DNA from: Phoronis australis
Taxonomy: Eukaryota; Animalia; Phoronida
DNA: 64,000 nucleotides
NCBI GenBank assembly: GCA_002633005.1
Contig: NMRA01000354.1
Coordinates: 310,001-374,000 of the forward strand
Direction of reading: 5' to 3'
Shown: positions 39,609-52,364 of the stretch, piece by piece
Numbering within the stretch: position 1 is the stretch's first letter
Layout of the letters: each line of letters starts with the position of its first letter
Program-made: the position numbers and the translations under genes
Notes under the pieces: model-generated
Seen by the model: the letters and a program-made list of their open reading frames with translations, nothing else
What the model was told of the DNA's origin: nothing
Databases searched by the model: none

Positions 39609-40060
39609 GCAATATACACCAATGAGGTATTTTCTACACAGCGTCACAGTTGTACTTTACAAATTGTGGATGATTTTGCTATAAATTTGTATCAGATTAT
39701 TACCATATGAAGTGTTATCTTTTTGGCTACTATGCTTATTCAAGTATGAGATCAGTCTGTTCATTCTGTGGACTACATGTGGCAATAGACACCTATGAGA
39801 TGCGACCTAGTTGTAATTTTAGAATTGTGGTTTTGGGAACAATTTTTCCAAAAATTTTGTAGGATCCCTTGAAACTCCTATTTGAGCTTCATGAAGTGTT
39901 AGCCAGGTTTATGCAAGTATCATACCAGTCTATTCTTATCTGTAAACTAGCAATAGACACCAATGAGATATTTTCTACAAAGTGTCCTAGTTGTGTTTTT
40001 AGAATTGTATTTTTGATAACCGTTTTGCTATTAATTGGTATCATATTACCGTATGGTATT
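39609..40060. repeat. Diverged ~170-bp tandem repeat (3 copies)
   Basis: GCAATA(T/G)ACACC(A/T)ATGAG..AGTTGT at ~39609, ~39782 and ~39950. Confidence 0.6.
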
Positions 40061-42406
40061 GGAAACTCGTATTTGACCCCTTTGAAGTGTTAGCTTTTTG
40101 ATTGATACATTTTCTTGGCCACAGGTCGGGGTAACTATTCAAGTTACCAATAGCAAATGGTTGACTCTAGGATTTCAAAAAACATGAAGGGTATGTTTTG
40201 CTACAGGTTTTATATATCTAGCCAAATATGTCTGGGCAATTGTCTTGTCTCTATCGGGGAATATTCTTAATATTAAATTATAGAAGTTACCAAACATTAG
40301 CCAACGCATAGCAAATGCATTTACGGAGACATTGCTCAAGTGCAGGACTATTTCACTTATACGAATGGCCAACAGTATGGAAATGCATTTTCTGAGCCAG
40401 AGACGTGCAGGACCGCAAAATGGAAAAGGGTATTTGCTAAACGTCACCGAATGGTCACATCTGCCTCTCCGGCCCTCTGCCTCCACTAATCTTGTAAGAA
40501 ATGGTGATGTTTCAGTGAATTCAACTGCAGGTTGGAAAAACTCTATAATCCAGCCCCCAAATAGTGAAGTACACTTAGAAGATTTTTGCGTTTATCTAAA
40601 ATAACTCTCAAGGACATTGATGGAATTCAAACATTTCCCAAAAATATACTCACAATTCAAATGACAAAAAAGTGCTTTGATTTTTGAATTAAGTACAAGA
40701 TTTTTCATTTAAACTCATAAACATGAGATCAAATTAAATCATTAAATCAAGGTAAATGCATTGCTCATGGAATCGATTGTTCATTTCTGATTTTACATGT
40801 TTATGTATCTCGAAAAACGACTGATTGATAGATGATTTTTTGACAATTAGAAGCTAATCTTATATGAATCTTTAATGAACTTAGTTGCAAGCTGACACTG
40901 GGAAATCTTAATATATCATCAGATTTCCAAATAGGAAAGTACACTAAACGATTTTTGTCTATCTGAAATAAGTCTCAAGAATTCTTCTGAGCGTCGGACA
41001 AGTGGTACCAAAATGTTCTCACAAAGTAAATTTTTACTAACTTAGGATCTAGATTCGTGGTTTAACTCCACAAACCGTAGATCGAAAAAGAAATTTAGTA
41101 CTGAAATAGATAAAACTAAACTCGTTGCTTATTAACTTGAAAACGTTGTCTTCGCACTAACTTGATGTTTTAAGTTTCCAAGTTATTGCGCAATTAATTT
41201 TTGTTCTTCAAGATTGAATAGTTGGCTTCTCATTCGTTTGTGAACTACATAGACAGAGCGCGTCACTAAAAATAAGGTTCTACCATGTAGTTGGCCAGGA
41301 CAGAATCTAAGTGATCCGCAGGAACTGAATTTTAACTTCAAGTGTTGGAAGTGTGTGCATTTTGGACACACTCTGTATCATTTTCTCCAGCCACCACAAA
41401 TTGGACTAGCGGTGATGTTTCATCAAGGGATTTTGAAGCAGCCTCACGGGATTTCCCCTTTTCAAAAAATTCCTTCAAAAGTGACCACATTAAAACGAAT
41501 TTTCCCCAAAACTGTATCATAACAAAATCAATCTTGGGCCTTAAAGCCAACGCAGACTTATAGGTACGAGCTAAGCTGCCTTTCTCAAGTGAATCATAGC
41601 TGAGCTTTAGTTCACTGATTTGATATTTTCACAGTTAGGCCTGAGCTACAGATACTTGAGGCATCTCCCAGCAACCCGTCACGTGCGCTGGCCTGAAACC
41701 CATTCTTACTCGAAGAAAAGCTTTGTTGGTTCACGGTTTACTCAAGTCCTGATGGCTGCGTTGCCGGGATTGTCCCCCCCCACCTTTAGCGGACGAAGTG
41801 GTAGAAGGGAGGGGGGGGGGTAGTTTGCCGAAGACCACTTGTTTTGCCTTCCCACGGGCCTGCTATGTTGTGCGGAGTTTGGAAGTCAACATGAATTTTG
41901 AGACGAATTTAGAGAGAATTATTGTTAGACTTTGATAGTCGCACTGGTGACCTCGTGACGACTTGGAATTTTTCCCATGTCGCCGAACACAAAAGGTCAC
42001 CAAATCGAATGCTGTGTTTGAAATAATTTTACATTTCTAAGGGATATCTTCATTACTTTTAATCTGATGACACTGTACTGGGCACTGGACGGATGTGCGT
42101 GCCCTTCTGTCGGTTACCCCGAGCCTCACGTTTTATTTTAGATAAGCCTGCAAACAGAAATGTTTCTGATATTGGTGTTCCTGTGCCAGTTTCACTCTCT
42201 CTAGTCCGAACTTGTGGAAAACCCCTTCCCTTATGGCACAAACAACTACTTCAGTGACCAGTTAATGGAAATATACATACGTAAATTGATCTAATCGATA
42301 GTGACATTTACCTAAATTATCGTATTACTTTATTGGTGGAAATCGTTCTTTTTATATATACTATCCAGCTTCCATCAGCAAGTTAGTAATTAAGCGCATC
42401 AAGCCG

Positions 42407-45400
42407 ATGGTGATGGCGGATGGCATTCCAAGAATATTTCTTCTCTTCTTTTTCCTCACCGTCACGAATACATCATTAAAAGAAGTTTGGTTCAGTAAAC
42501 GAGATAGTTTCAAAGCAACAAGTTGTTTCCTGATGAAGAGATGCTTATTTTCCGAGTGCGTCGCAAGTTGCTTAGAACATAACCGCGGGTGTGAAGTTAT
42601 TAGTTACAACGAGAACTCCTCAGTTTGTGAGCTATGTGACGCCAATAGCAAACTCGCACTTTTTCAAGGATGGCAAAGTTGGATCTCCGAATCAGCTGAA
42701 GAAATAACAAAACCGATCGCAGGTATTTTACGAGTTTTCTCGAATCATTCAATTATTCCAGAAACTCTCATCTTTTTGTTATAGATGAAATAAACCAACA
42801 TACTAATTAAAGATCACGGCTTGTTTGGACCATTATTGATTAAAGTGTTCGCGGCAAATGTTGGAGACTCCAAGGACCCACTGCTTAAAATGTTATGATT
42901 TGATGTGTCACATACAAAAATTCTGTTTTATTTGAACTTTATTTTTCTTATTTGCCAAACTCGGGCCCAGAAACTTTTCAAGAGCAGTGAACTCGCGCTT
43001 TCTTTCAAACACAACTTTTAGATTTGAGTCAGTTATCACCTTAAATTCGGTTTCATCCTACACCTTACCCAGAACAAATTTTATATACTTGTGAAGATAC
43101 TTCAACACGAGGGTAGACTTCAACTGATGTTTCGTGGCGAGAAAAATCTAACCAAAATCACGTGCTCTTATTTAAAATACATGGCAATATCACGCTTAAT
43201 CTCGCGAAGTCCTCGCGGGGTCCTAGCATTATTGAACTCCGCCCAGGCTCACGAAGTTTGCTTTGTCGCGGGGGTGGGGGGTTAATGTCCGCAGCCGGAA
43301 CACTGTTGTCGTCAAGGAAATTTCTGGCGCTTAATATCGAGGCAAAGACAAGAGCAGAATGCCGGTACTGTGGGAGAGGAAATACGTTTGTGGAGAAAGT
43401 CGTTTAGACCCCAGAAAATAGTTTATAGCGGCTTCATACAGACCTTCATTTTCGTTTGAACGATAATTTAGCTTATGAAACTGGACTTTAAGTTGATGAA
43501 GGACCCTAAAAAATTTCCAATTTTAGCCAACTTCAGAACATATCTCAAAAGCGGCTGAACGGATTCATGTGAAACTTCCAGATATACTTTATACACTGTT
43601 ATCCAAAACACACTAAGGAATTGTTTTTAAATGTTCCAGTTTTGCATTAAGCTTTATAAGAAATTAAAGTAGCATAAAAAGTAAGCGAAACGATAATTTA
43701 GAAAACTGCAACATCGTCTTAAACATTCATAGCATACCACTGATTATGTAATTGAGTTGATCGTGTTGTCTTGCTATGAATGTGTTTTTCATTTTTGTGA
43801 AATTTTGTTAAAAAGTATGACTATGTGAGGTTTCGGAAGAAAAATGCTTTTACTGAGTTCAATTCTATACCTTTATAGATGTTTGGCTAAATGTATTGAC
43901 TTGTCAGTGAGGTCCTACACAACCTCAATGCCATCATAGCATCGGCATTAGGCATTCTGATTCAATCGAGATAACCTGCGACTGAACTTCAGCGGACAAA
44001 ACATCGTGGAGGACTGCTCAAGCTTTGATTTTCTAAAAAATATTCGTTTCTCTTTTAAACATCCTGCATGTTTTTAATGGCAAAGGAAATAAAAATCCTT
44101 TCATGGTAAGCACAAATGTTTGAAACTCATTATAGGGTAAGTGCCTAAGTAGCCAAGTTTAGATTTTAGTACAGTTTCAACCGTAAAGTGACCTTTAGGT
44201 GATACTGTTTAGTGACAGTGTGTATTTCAAATAATTTGATTTTAAGACAAATTTTAGTTTGATGAACAATGGTCTAATTGTACATTCTCAACTTTAACAG
44301 TTTAGTAAATATTTATGATCGACATATGTCCCGGATAATAGATAAATGATACGTGCGTCGCAAGCTCGTTACCAGAGATGAAAGGAGACTGATGTAGGCG
44401 ATATAAGGTCATTTATTATGACTAGTACAATTACAATAAAATGAATAAGGTAAATAAGTATAATAGGTAATCTCTGGTAAGATGGGCAATAAAAAGTGCC
44501 ACAGAGATGTTGTAAGACAGCTCATGCCCATCTTTTTCTAGATTGTTCGGAGTGGTACAATCTGGGTGCAAGAGAAAGCGGAGTTTACAACATCTATACC
44601 AGTTACGGTCACCAGGCGTTGGTCTACTGCGATATGGAAACGGGCGGAGGGGGATGGACGGTATCAGGCGTTATTTTTGTTTTTAATTTTATCTCTACCA
44701 GGAACTGCAGAGTTCTGACCTAGCCTTTACCTTTGAAAAGCACTGAGTCACCGTTCCTGTGATTATGTGTGAACCAAACAATGCTCGACCATGAGTAAAA
44801 TTGACTGAACTCAAATCAATTACTCTGGAGTTCTGGGCTATTCCTGCTAACAATTTTTAGTGATGCAGAAATGCTTGCTGCATGAGCCAAACCCAAAATC
44901 ATCACATCTGTATCCGGGCTTTTGAAGTCTCAAACTGACTTAGTTATCAAACTCAAACACCATAAAAAGGACGATCAGTGAATTTACACAAGCCCTCAAA
45001 TATGCAATAGATTTGGGGAACATAGTTAAGTCCCTATGTGGGACTGTTTCGGGCAACCGGGCACTGGACCCCAGTATTTCCGCCTTTCAGTAATAATCCA
45101 GTATATGTTCTAAACAGAATTTCTGGGAATTTCTCAACACAACGTTATTGAATATATCATTGACTTCTTTTTGTTTAACTTGTCCGTCATAGACTTGATA
45201 AATGTTTTACTTTTTTAGATATTTCAAAAGCGACTTGACGGAACACAGGACTTTTTTCTGCCTTGGAGTTACTACAAGCACGGATTTGGATCACCTGATC
45301 ATGAATACTGGCTAGGTACTCAGCCTTAAGTACATACACAAGTACATATAGCAATGCACCCATTTCATAATAAGTACAGTGGACACCGTTTAATTTCATA

Positions 45401-48041
45401 CCCCCGGTTTCTACGTAAATTTTGATAATAAGCGAGATATTTCCTACTTGGCGCCGATCGTAACCACTCTTACAAACGTATAGTGTTAAGTGGAGAGTCG
45501 GAAAGTAGCACAGCTAAACATGAAATGACTAACTTTTCCCCCCAGCTCTGAGTTCTGAAAAGGCAAATGAATTGAGAATAAATTAAGTTGGTTTTCAAAA
45601 TGGAAAAGCGAAGGTGCGCATGCTATTATAGGCGGGTTAGAATCAGTTTTGCTGATTTCATAATGACAACATCCGGGAATACTGATGGCAACAAATCATG
45701 ACAATGTGATGGTTATGCTAAAAGATAAATGGATTTAATGGGAAATGGTTCATTTGTGACGTTCCGTGACAATGGCTGGCATATTCCATTATCTGGTAAA
45801 TGGGCTTCACTGTACAAATATTTTTAACATAACCGTTACATCAGTTCAGAGCACCCCATTCACCGCTATCAATGTCCCCTCATTTACATATAAAAATACT
45901 GCTCATTCCAACAGTTCTTCAATTAAATGTCAACAACTCGCACATTTTGTGACATTTCAAATTAATCTCGAAAATAAATATTAAACAAAAATTAAGTGTA
46001 TAAGGAAAGGTAGAGAGGTCATAAATGGAACGCTGCTAATTATTTCAGCAATCTCCCCCACCTGACATTATGCACAAGCGTCAACTGTAGTTCTTTTCTC
46101 ATCAACCGCAAATCTTTTCTGGAGGACGGACAAGTTGCGGTGGTGTAGTTCATCAAATTTGTTCACTTGACTGGGAACATGTGTGGGGCTAGGACAAAAG
46201 AACTGTATTTGAAAGAAGCACCTGAGAAAAGATGTGCATTATGAGAAACGCTGTTAAAGTGAACACTAAGTGCTCAGTCCGTGAGGGAGTAAGACTATGT
46301 ACCCTAGAAAGGATAACCGAAAAACATTTTTATTAAACCACTGGACCCTCTGTGAGAACCACAACATCATACCACACGAAAAAATCATGCATGCGAACTG
46401 TAAATCAACCATTCGAACAAAATCAGACGCACCATCATCAAATCATTCGTACCAATGAAGCTGCCATTGCGTTTCGTATGCATGATTTTGTTCCTACGTA
46501 TTGTGTTGTAGTTCGTATGCCAATGTTATGCTAATAAGACGACAGAAGGGACCTCTCATGGTCTGCCTTCTCATCAGACGCCGGACGAAGTGGAATGCAT
46601 TAGTTTCAATCGACTTGACACCAGTTTCTACAACAAATTATGTTACGCGCCCCGTTTGCAAATGTTTAGTTGTCTTTCTACACAGGAAACGACGTCTTGC
46701 ACGACATGACGAATGGGTCAACTGTCTATGAACTTAGGATTGACTTAGAAGACTTTGAAAACACCACAGTTTTTGTACTTTATGATGAGTTTCGTGTGGC
46801 TGGCGAAAGTGAGAAGTATCGACTAACTGTGAACGGATACAACGAGGAAAATAGTACTGTTGGTAAGATTTTACTAAGACATGACTGTCAAAGAATGTGT
46901 TTTCAGATTGGTGAATGAGCACTAGTGAAGGGTTACGTTGCGTTACCGGGATTTCCGGTAATCCCCATGGAGATCTTTTGGAATGGTTTTGTATGAAGGG
47001 CCTCCTTAAGTTGTCAAAATTCTTGATCCTTAAACTTAATCGTTGATATATTTTAAACCGGCCTTATGACTACGTCAATAAACTTGATGTCCCTGGCCTT
47101 TTCGTTCAATACTGTTAACGAAGCAGAACTACATGCAAATTGCATGGTACTTCAAGACCAAAACCGGTCAGGGCTCGGCAGTCGGCAATACAGGCTTGTG
47201 GAAAAGCGCCCTCTCACCTTTTTATAAAGAACCCCTGGGTCCGTTTGGATGCAAAATCACTTACAGAAAATGGAGATTTCGTAAATTTTAATGTTCTCCA
47301 TTCTTAAAAAAGCGAAGACATTTTAGCACAAGTTGACTCGCCCTGTGGAATTCAGCACCATAGACGTAAATGCTATTAATATTACATTTGTCTTTTTGAA
47401 CCGCAAATTACACTTTTTGCCGACAATGTCAGCCGCAAATGTGATTAACCTAAATGGTATTTTAATTTAATAGCTACATGTTCGATTTTATTGCATTTTG
47501 AGGTTTCAACGTTGCAGTAGTCATTTTGATCTCGAGGCTACACTGTCACGTGAATTCGGCGTGCCATGCAGAGGTTATAAGTCTGAACGATTTTTCTTTT
47601 CAGTAAAAGGTCCTCATACTGGAGAGCACCCCTCTATATTTATTTTAGGCTTCGTGCGCGCAAGATATCTCCTGGTTCCAAGGTGAATAAGATAAAGCAA
47701 TTATAATTACCGCTTCTTTTGTTTCGTTATGTATATTGGAATTTGACTGTGACCTATGTTGTTAATCTTAAGGTGACTCGTTGATTGCAAGACACAATCG
47801 CAAGAATTTCACGACAATTGACCAGGTGAACGTAGACACCACAAGAAACTGCTCTCAAGAATACAAAGGCGGGTGGTGGTACGGTGACCCTTGCCATTTC
47901 GCCAACCTCAACGGTTTGTATTTGAAAGGAAACAGCTCGTTTGGGGAAGGCGTGATCTGGCGTGACTTCAAAGGTCTTTACTACTCTATAAAGAGATCGG
48001 AAATGAAAATTCGACCAGTGGGTTTTAATGGGATTTCTTAG
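42407..48041 (+). CDS. Secreted fibrinogen-related protein: signal peptide + PAN/apple-like domain + fibrinogen C-terminal (FReD) domain
   Basis: Exons 42407-42722 (hydrophobic leader; CVASC..GCEVISYN..VCEL), 44542-44660 (DCSE..SGVY..VYCDMETGGGGWT), 45219-45315 (IFQKRLDGTQDF..W..YKHGFG..EYWLG), 46686-46862 (GNDVLH..ELRIDLEDF), 47773-48041 (GDSL..NC..GGWWY..CHFANLNGLY..EMKIRP). Phases are consistent. Confidence 0.93.
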
Positions 48042-48138
48042 GCACGCCAAAACTCCGCATACGCGCACCTCGCATAAGTAATAACATACAACAAAACAAA
48101 ACAAAAATTTTGGACAATGTAGATTTCCCGTGCTGCAC

Positions 48139-48247
48139 CTGACAGTAGGTGGAACATCAACCTACTGACAGTAGGTGGCGCATCACTCTACTGACAGTAG
48201 GTGACACATCACTCTACTGACAGTAGGTGGCGCATCATTCTACTGAC
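48139..48247. repeat. 26-bp minisatellite (4 copies) in the FReD gene 3' UTR
   Basis: Unit CTGACAGTAGGTGGCGCATCACTCTA; AATAAA follows at ~48286. Confidence 0.9.
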
Positions 48248-50043
48248 TAATTAATGCCACAGATTACGTATTATTGTTTAGTTGAAATAAAGCCATTGTA
48301 CTTTGAAATGTCTGTCGAACCTTTGTAGTACGTTTTATTAAACCAATTATAAGTGTGACACTCTGAACAAGTCGCAACAATCCAAACACTCACATGTCAG
48401 ACTGACTGAAGCGCTGTTGATTTGTTTTTTTTTACACGTTTCTGGCATCGTTACCTCGGTCAAAGACAAATTCTTACATATTGAGACTGAAACAGAAAAT
48501 ATTCTCGGCCAGTGAACACAGCTATCAAAAGTGAACACCGAAGGAGCACAGCTTCGTTCAGACCTGGGTATCGAGTTCGGTAGCTTTCTCGTTCTGCTAA
48601 AATAACCAGTGCTTAGTGAGTCACCACGTCCAGTTTGAGGAACTGCTATTTTATCAATTTCATTTTGGAATTGACTGTATAGATACCTTCATATTTATTT
48701 GAATGCGCCAAAGTGAACTTAAACGTCTACGGACATGTAAGGCTCTCATTTAACTGTTTCTCGGTAGGTGGCAAGTGTATTCTTACTAATTTGATTAATT
48801 GTATATCTATTCTTATCTCCACTGTGTTGTTTTTGGACTTAGAATTGTATGTTATCAAATAAACCATCAAAAATCGTCAATCAAGAATCAATATCACATT
48901 TATTTAGTACTTGTATGTATGTGTGCATCCACGGAGACCATGATGCCCAGAGCAACCTGACACGGGGTCAAGTTTCTACCATAGGTCCCTCCACAGGGTT
49001 GGCTATGGAACTGATGTCCCCGAGTAGAATAGGTGGCCATGCACCGGGAGGGGGCGGCATTCGTCAAGCACTAGGTCCCATGATGAAGATCTGCCTCTGG
49101 AACACTGGGGTCTTTCTCTCGTTTCTTCAGAAACTAGAATGCAATGTAACACCAGGAATACAAATCCTTGTAATACACAATTACTTGAGTCTAATAACTT
49201 ATTCATTGCCTGATTTGTTGAAAATACCGCTGAATCGCCTTCTTTAAAAATTTCGTTTGTTGAAAATTACGCATGCAGTATCATGGGCTTAGCAGCACTG
49301 AAAAAAGTGGGAGCTTTATCCCTCCAGACCGCTATGGTGCGCCGCCCATGAGTATTCATTTGTGCACAATGGAGAAGACACTATACGACCGACTTTTTTC
49401 ATCTTCATCCTTTGGAACTGTCTTGGGCCATTGGCACAATGCCAGTGCCTAGAGGTTTAGTAGTTCGGTCTCAACTTTCAGTGGGCCACAGTAGCGTATT
49501 TAGACGGGGGGGCAAGGGGGCCATGGCCCCCCTAAAATTCTCCCAGATTCCATGTGGCAGTTGGGGGCTGCGAATGTCTGACGGGCAAAATCCTGGCTAA
49601 TACTCTGCCGTGGCTCCCCCAAGCCAACTTCACATTTATTGCACGCTGCACCAGCACACCGCTCAAGACGCAACCACTCAAAATTGAATGTAGAGTCTAC
49701 TCTATTAAGCACGCTGTCCTGGTGTCGCACTCATATTCCGTGCACACGTCTATATGTGTCCTCTTCCAAAGTAACGCCATCAATTGCTTTTTCTTTTATC
49801 CCTTGCGTGAATTGTATGGTCTATCCAGACTTCAGTGATAGGAGAACTACCCTGACGACTGAAGGCAACCTTAGTACTATGAAGCAATAACCACATCAGT
49901 TTTTCCCAAAGCTAGAAATCAACACTAGAGTAGGTGCAAGCAGACGGGCTCTCCATTTCTCGCCATGTTAAAGCTGACGGAAGCTCCATTTCGTGCCCTG
50001 TTTGACAGTAGGCCAATACCTGGCGCTCTATTTTGCGCCCTAT

Positions 50044-50700
50044 TTACAGTAGGTCGATAGCTGAACTTAAAGCTCTATTTCGTGCCCTGTTTAACAGCGT
50101 ATCAATAGCTGAAGCTCCATTTTGCGCCCTCTTTAACACTGAGTCAGTAGCTAAAACTCCATACGCGAAGCCGACACGGATTGCCGCTTTCACTTTCAAT
50201 ACTTGGCTACTATAGCTTATGCCATCTTTCACTTCATTTACAAAGTGTTCACAGTTACGATTGACGAGATGAAAGTCTTCTTCGCCGAGTCGATCACGCG
50301 CCCTTTTGATTCTTGTCTCACCAAAAAACAAAGATGGCCTGTTATCCCTAAGCAAGACATCGGATCTCTTAATTTTGCTCTCTTCTTCCCTAACGCTAGC
50401 TTTATATGGAGCACATTTGAATGCTAGTGCATTTGACAATGACAATACTGCTTCTTGTTCGCCATTAGAATAGTGTATCAAATTCAATTTACGGTTGTTA
50501 ATGTCTACATCAACCAAAATAGCATGGTGAACATACAAGGCATGTTTAAATTTCAAATGATCTCCAGGTCTCAGTTTTTTCCAATCGCTGAACCTTATGC
50601 GTTCACTTCCACCACCATCATCATCATTTAACAAGCTGAAAACGTTGAAAGCATCTTCCAAATTGTCTTTCATTTCAATACGTTTAAGTGATGGCGACAT
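50044..50700 (-). CDS. LRAT/PLAAT (HRASLS)-family protein, copy 2
   Basis: PGDHLKF..YVHHAILVDVD..LIHYSN..RARDRLGEEDFHLVNRNCEHFVNEVKDG..SSQV; clearly paralogous to 27754-28347. Confidence 0.92.
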   Translation of the reverse strand: MSPSLKRIEMKDNLEDAFNVFSLLNDDDGGGSERIRFSDWKKLRPGDHLKFKHALYVHHAILVDVDINNRKLNLIHYSNGEQEAVLSLSNALAFKCAPYKASVREEESKIKRSDVLLRDNRPSLFFGETRIKRARDRLGEEDFHLVNRNCEHFVNEVKDGISYSSQVLKVKAAIRVGFAYGVLATDSVLKRAQNGASAIDTLLNRARNRALSSAIDLL

Positions 50701-51340
50701 TTGAAAGGAAATGACGAGGCGATGAACTTGTTCAACAATGATAAATGCTACGTTCCGTTACTAGACGCAAGACGCTGACCAAAAAGCAAGATCACGCAAG
50801 TCTTTGTGAGATAATGCCACGCATTAAAAGCGGCTGTAGTACCTTAATCTCCACGTCACCGCGTAGCTCGGTGACGTAACCGCCCAAGTTCTGCAGAGCT
50901 TCGTTCGTCGGTTCACTCATTTGGATTCGCATTCCTATAACGAGGGATACCGGTTACAGAAATGCAATAAGTACTTACATCAAAGATACTATAAAACCTT
51001 TGCTTACATTCAGAGCGACTAACACAATTTTAATTGTTTGGTGAATTTCGAACACGGACAATGTAAAACATGAATCGTATCAATGGCTGAAAGAAAGGGG
51101 TGGAACGGATATCATTTCGATGTGTTTGTAACAGGTTTTTGGCAGTTTATCTTTTTCAGTTTGCAAAACACGTGTCGTGACATCTTCTGTACGGATTTTA
51201 CGTTTCTGTCTCCTTTTTTAAAAGTATATCCAAGCGTCCACTTTTTTGGCCCAGAACTAGGAACACCACTAAAAGTCCCATATCCGGAATGTGTGAACTA
51301 GGACTTATGTTCAGAACTTTCCGGAAAGTCTTGAACCTAC

Positions 51341-51424
51341 CTTCGCCAGTCGATTCCATACGAGAAGCCGTATTAATCGCATCCCCGAACAAACAATACT
51401 TGGGTCTTTTTAGTCCAATCACAC
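51341..51424 (-). pseudogene. Isolated guanylyl-cyclase catalytic-domain exon
   Basis: [28 protein letters not shown], 84 bp, bounded by AG and GTAGGT. I recognised no neighbouring cyclase exons. Confidence 0.7.
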
Positions 51425-52364
51425 CTGCCAGTAGAAAAATAATCATTTCGATAAAGGGGAAAAGAGTGTTTTCATGCGGTCCTAGCGTGCATTCGAACCT
51501 AAAACCACTGCGGTCGCAATCAAGTGCTCTGCTGGAGAAGTTACGTAAACTCAACTCGATAAATAGTAGAGTATTGAACTGGTGAAGACATCGGCTTATA
51601 TTTCAGCGAATATTAGGCAGACAACTTTAAAAATTGTCGTTTCGGCGAAACAAATTCACCCACGCACCCACGCCGGACTAGGCTAATAATCTCAATCTAA
51701 AATTGCGTTTTTCCGTGGTAAAACTGAAAATGTTCCTTTAATCAAGGAACTATGAAAACAAGTCCACGTAGGACACGACGCTAATTGAACAGAAACCTAC
51801 AGAGGGAGCCTGTTCGAATGATTCAAAGGAATAAAAGGAAAAGGAAATTAAATAATTGGAGAGGACATGGGAATTAGATATAGGGAGCATAGAACAGTTC
51901 TCACAGGGGTTTTCCTATAAGAACACAAGTCAATGGACTCGTCACCCTTTCTTCACTCTGTCAAAAACTGCATGCAAAGAATGAAAAGTTTTGGGTCATT
52001 TCACATCACAAACCCTACAGAGGAGCACAGAAACTTCATTCTCTCTTGTAGTTTTGACCCTTAGTTGCAGTCCTACAGATAAGCAAGGTAGACTAAGAAA
52101 AGGGGCAAAAACGCAAAATCGGCACTTTTCGCCCTAAAAACACCACTTCCTTGCCCAAAGTCAACACTTGATTCTGAAAGCAAATTTCCGACCAACTACA
52201 AAAATGGCGTCCAAACGTACTGTCAACCAACTATTTTTTTTGTAAATCTGGCTTATTTGAGGGTTACCTGAAATCGCAGCCAGTGTCTCAGTCGCTACCC
52301 AACAAGCAACAGCGGCGCCATCTTGAAGAAGAGTGTAGCCACAGCCGAGTAAGTGGTCGTTTGC

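Noticed and set aside
48139-48247. CRISPR-like regular repeats (also 61180-61520)
   Set aside because: Head-to-tail units with no unique spacers, no cas genes, and a eukaryotic context.
51480-51545. tRNA-like sequence with B-box GGTTCGAAT on the minus strand
   Set aside because: No full cloverleaf; at most a decayed SINE head.
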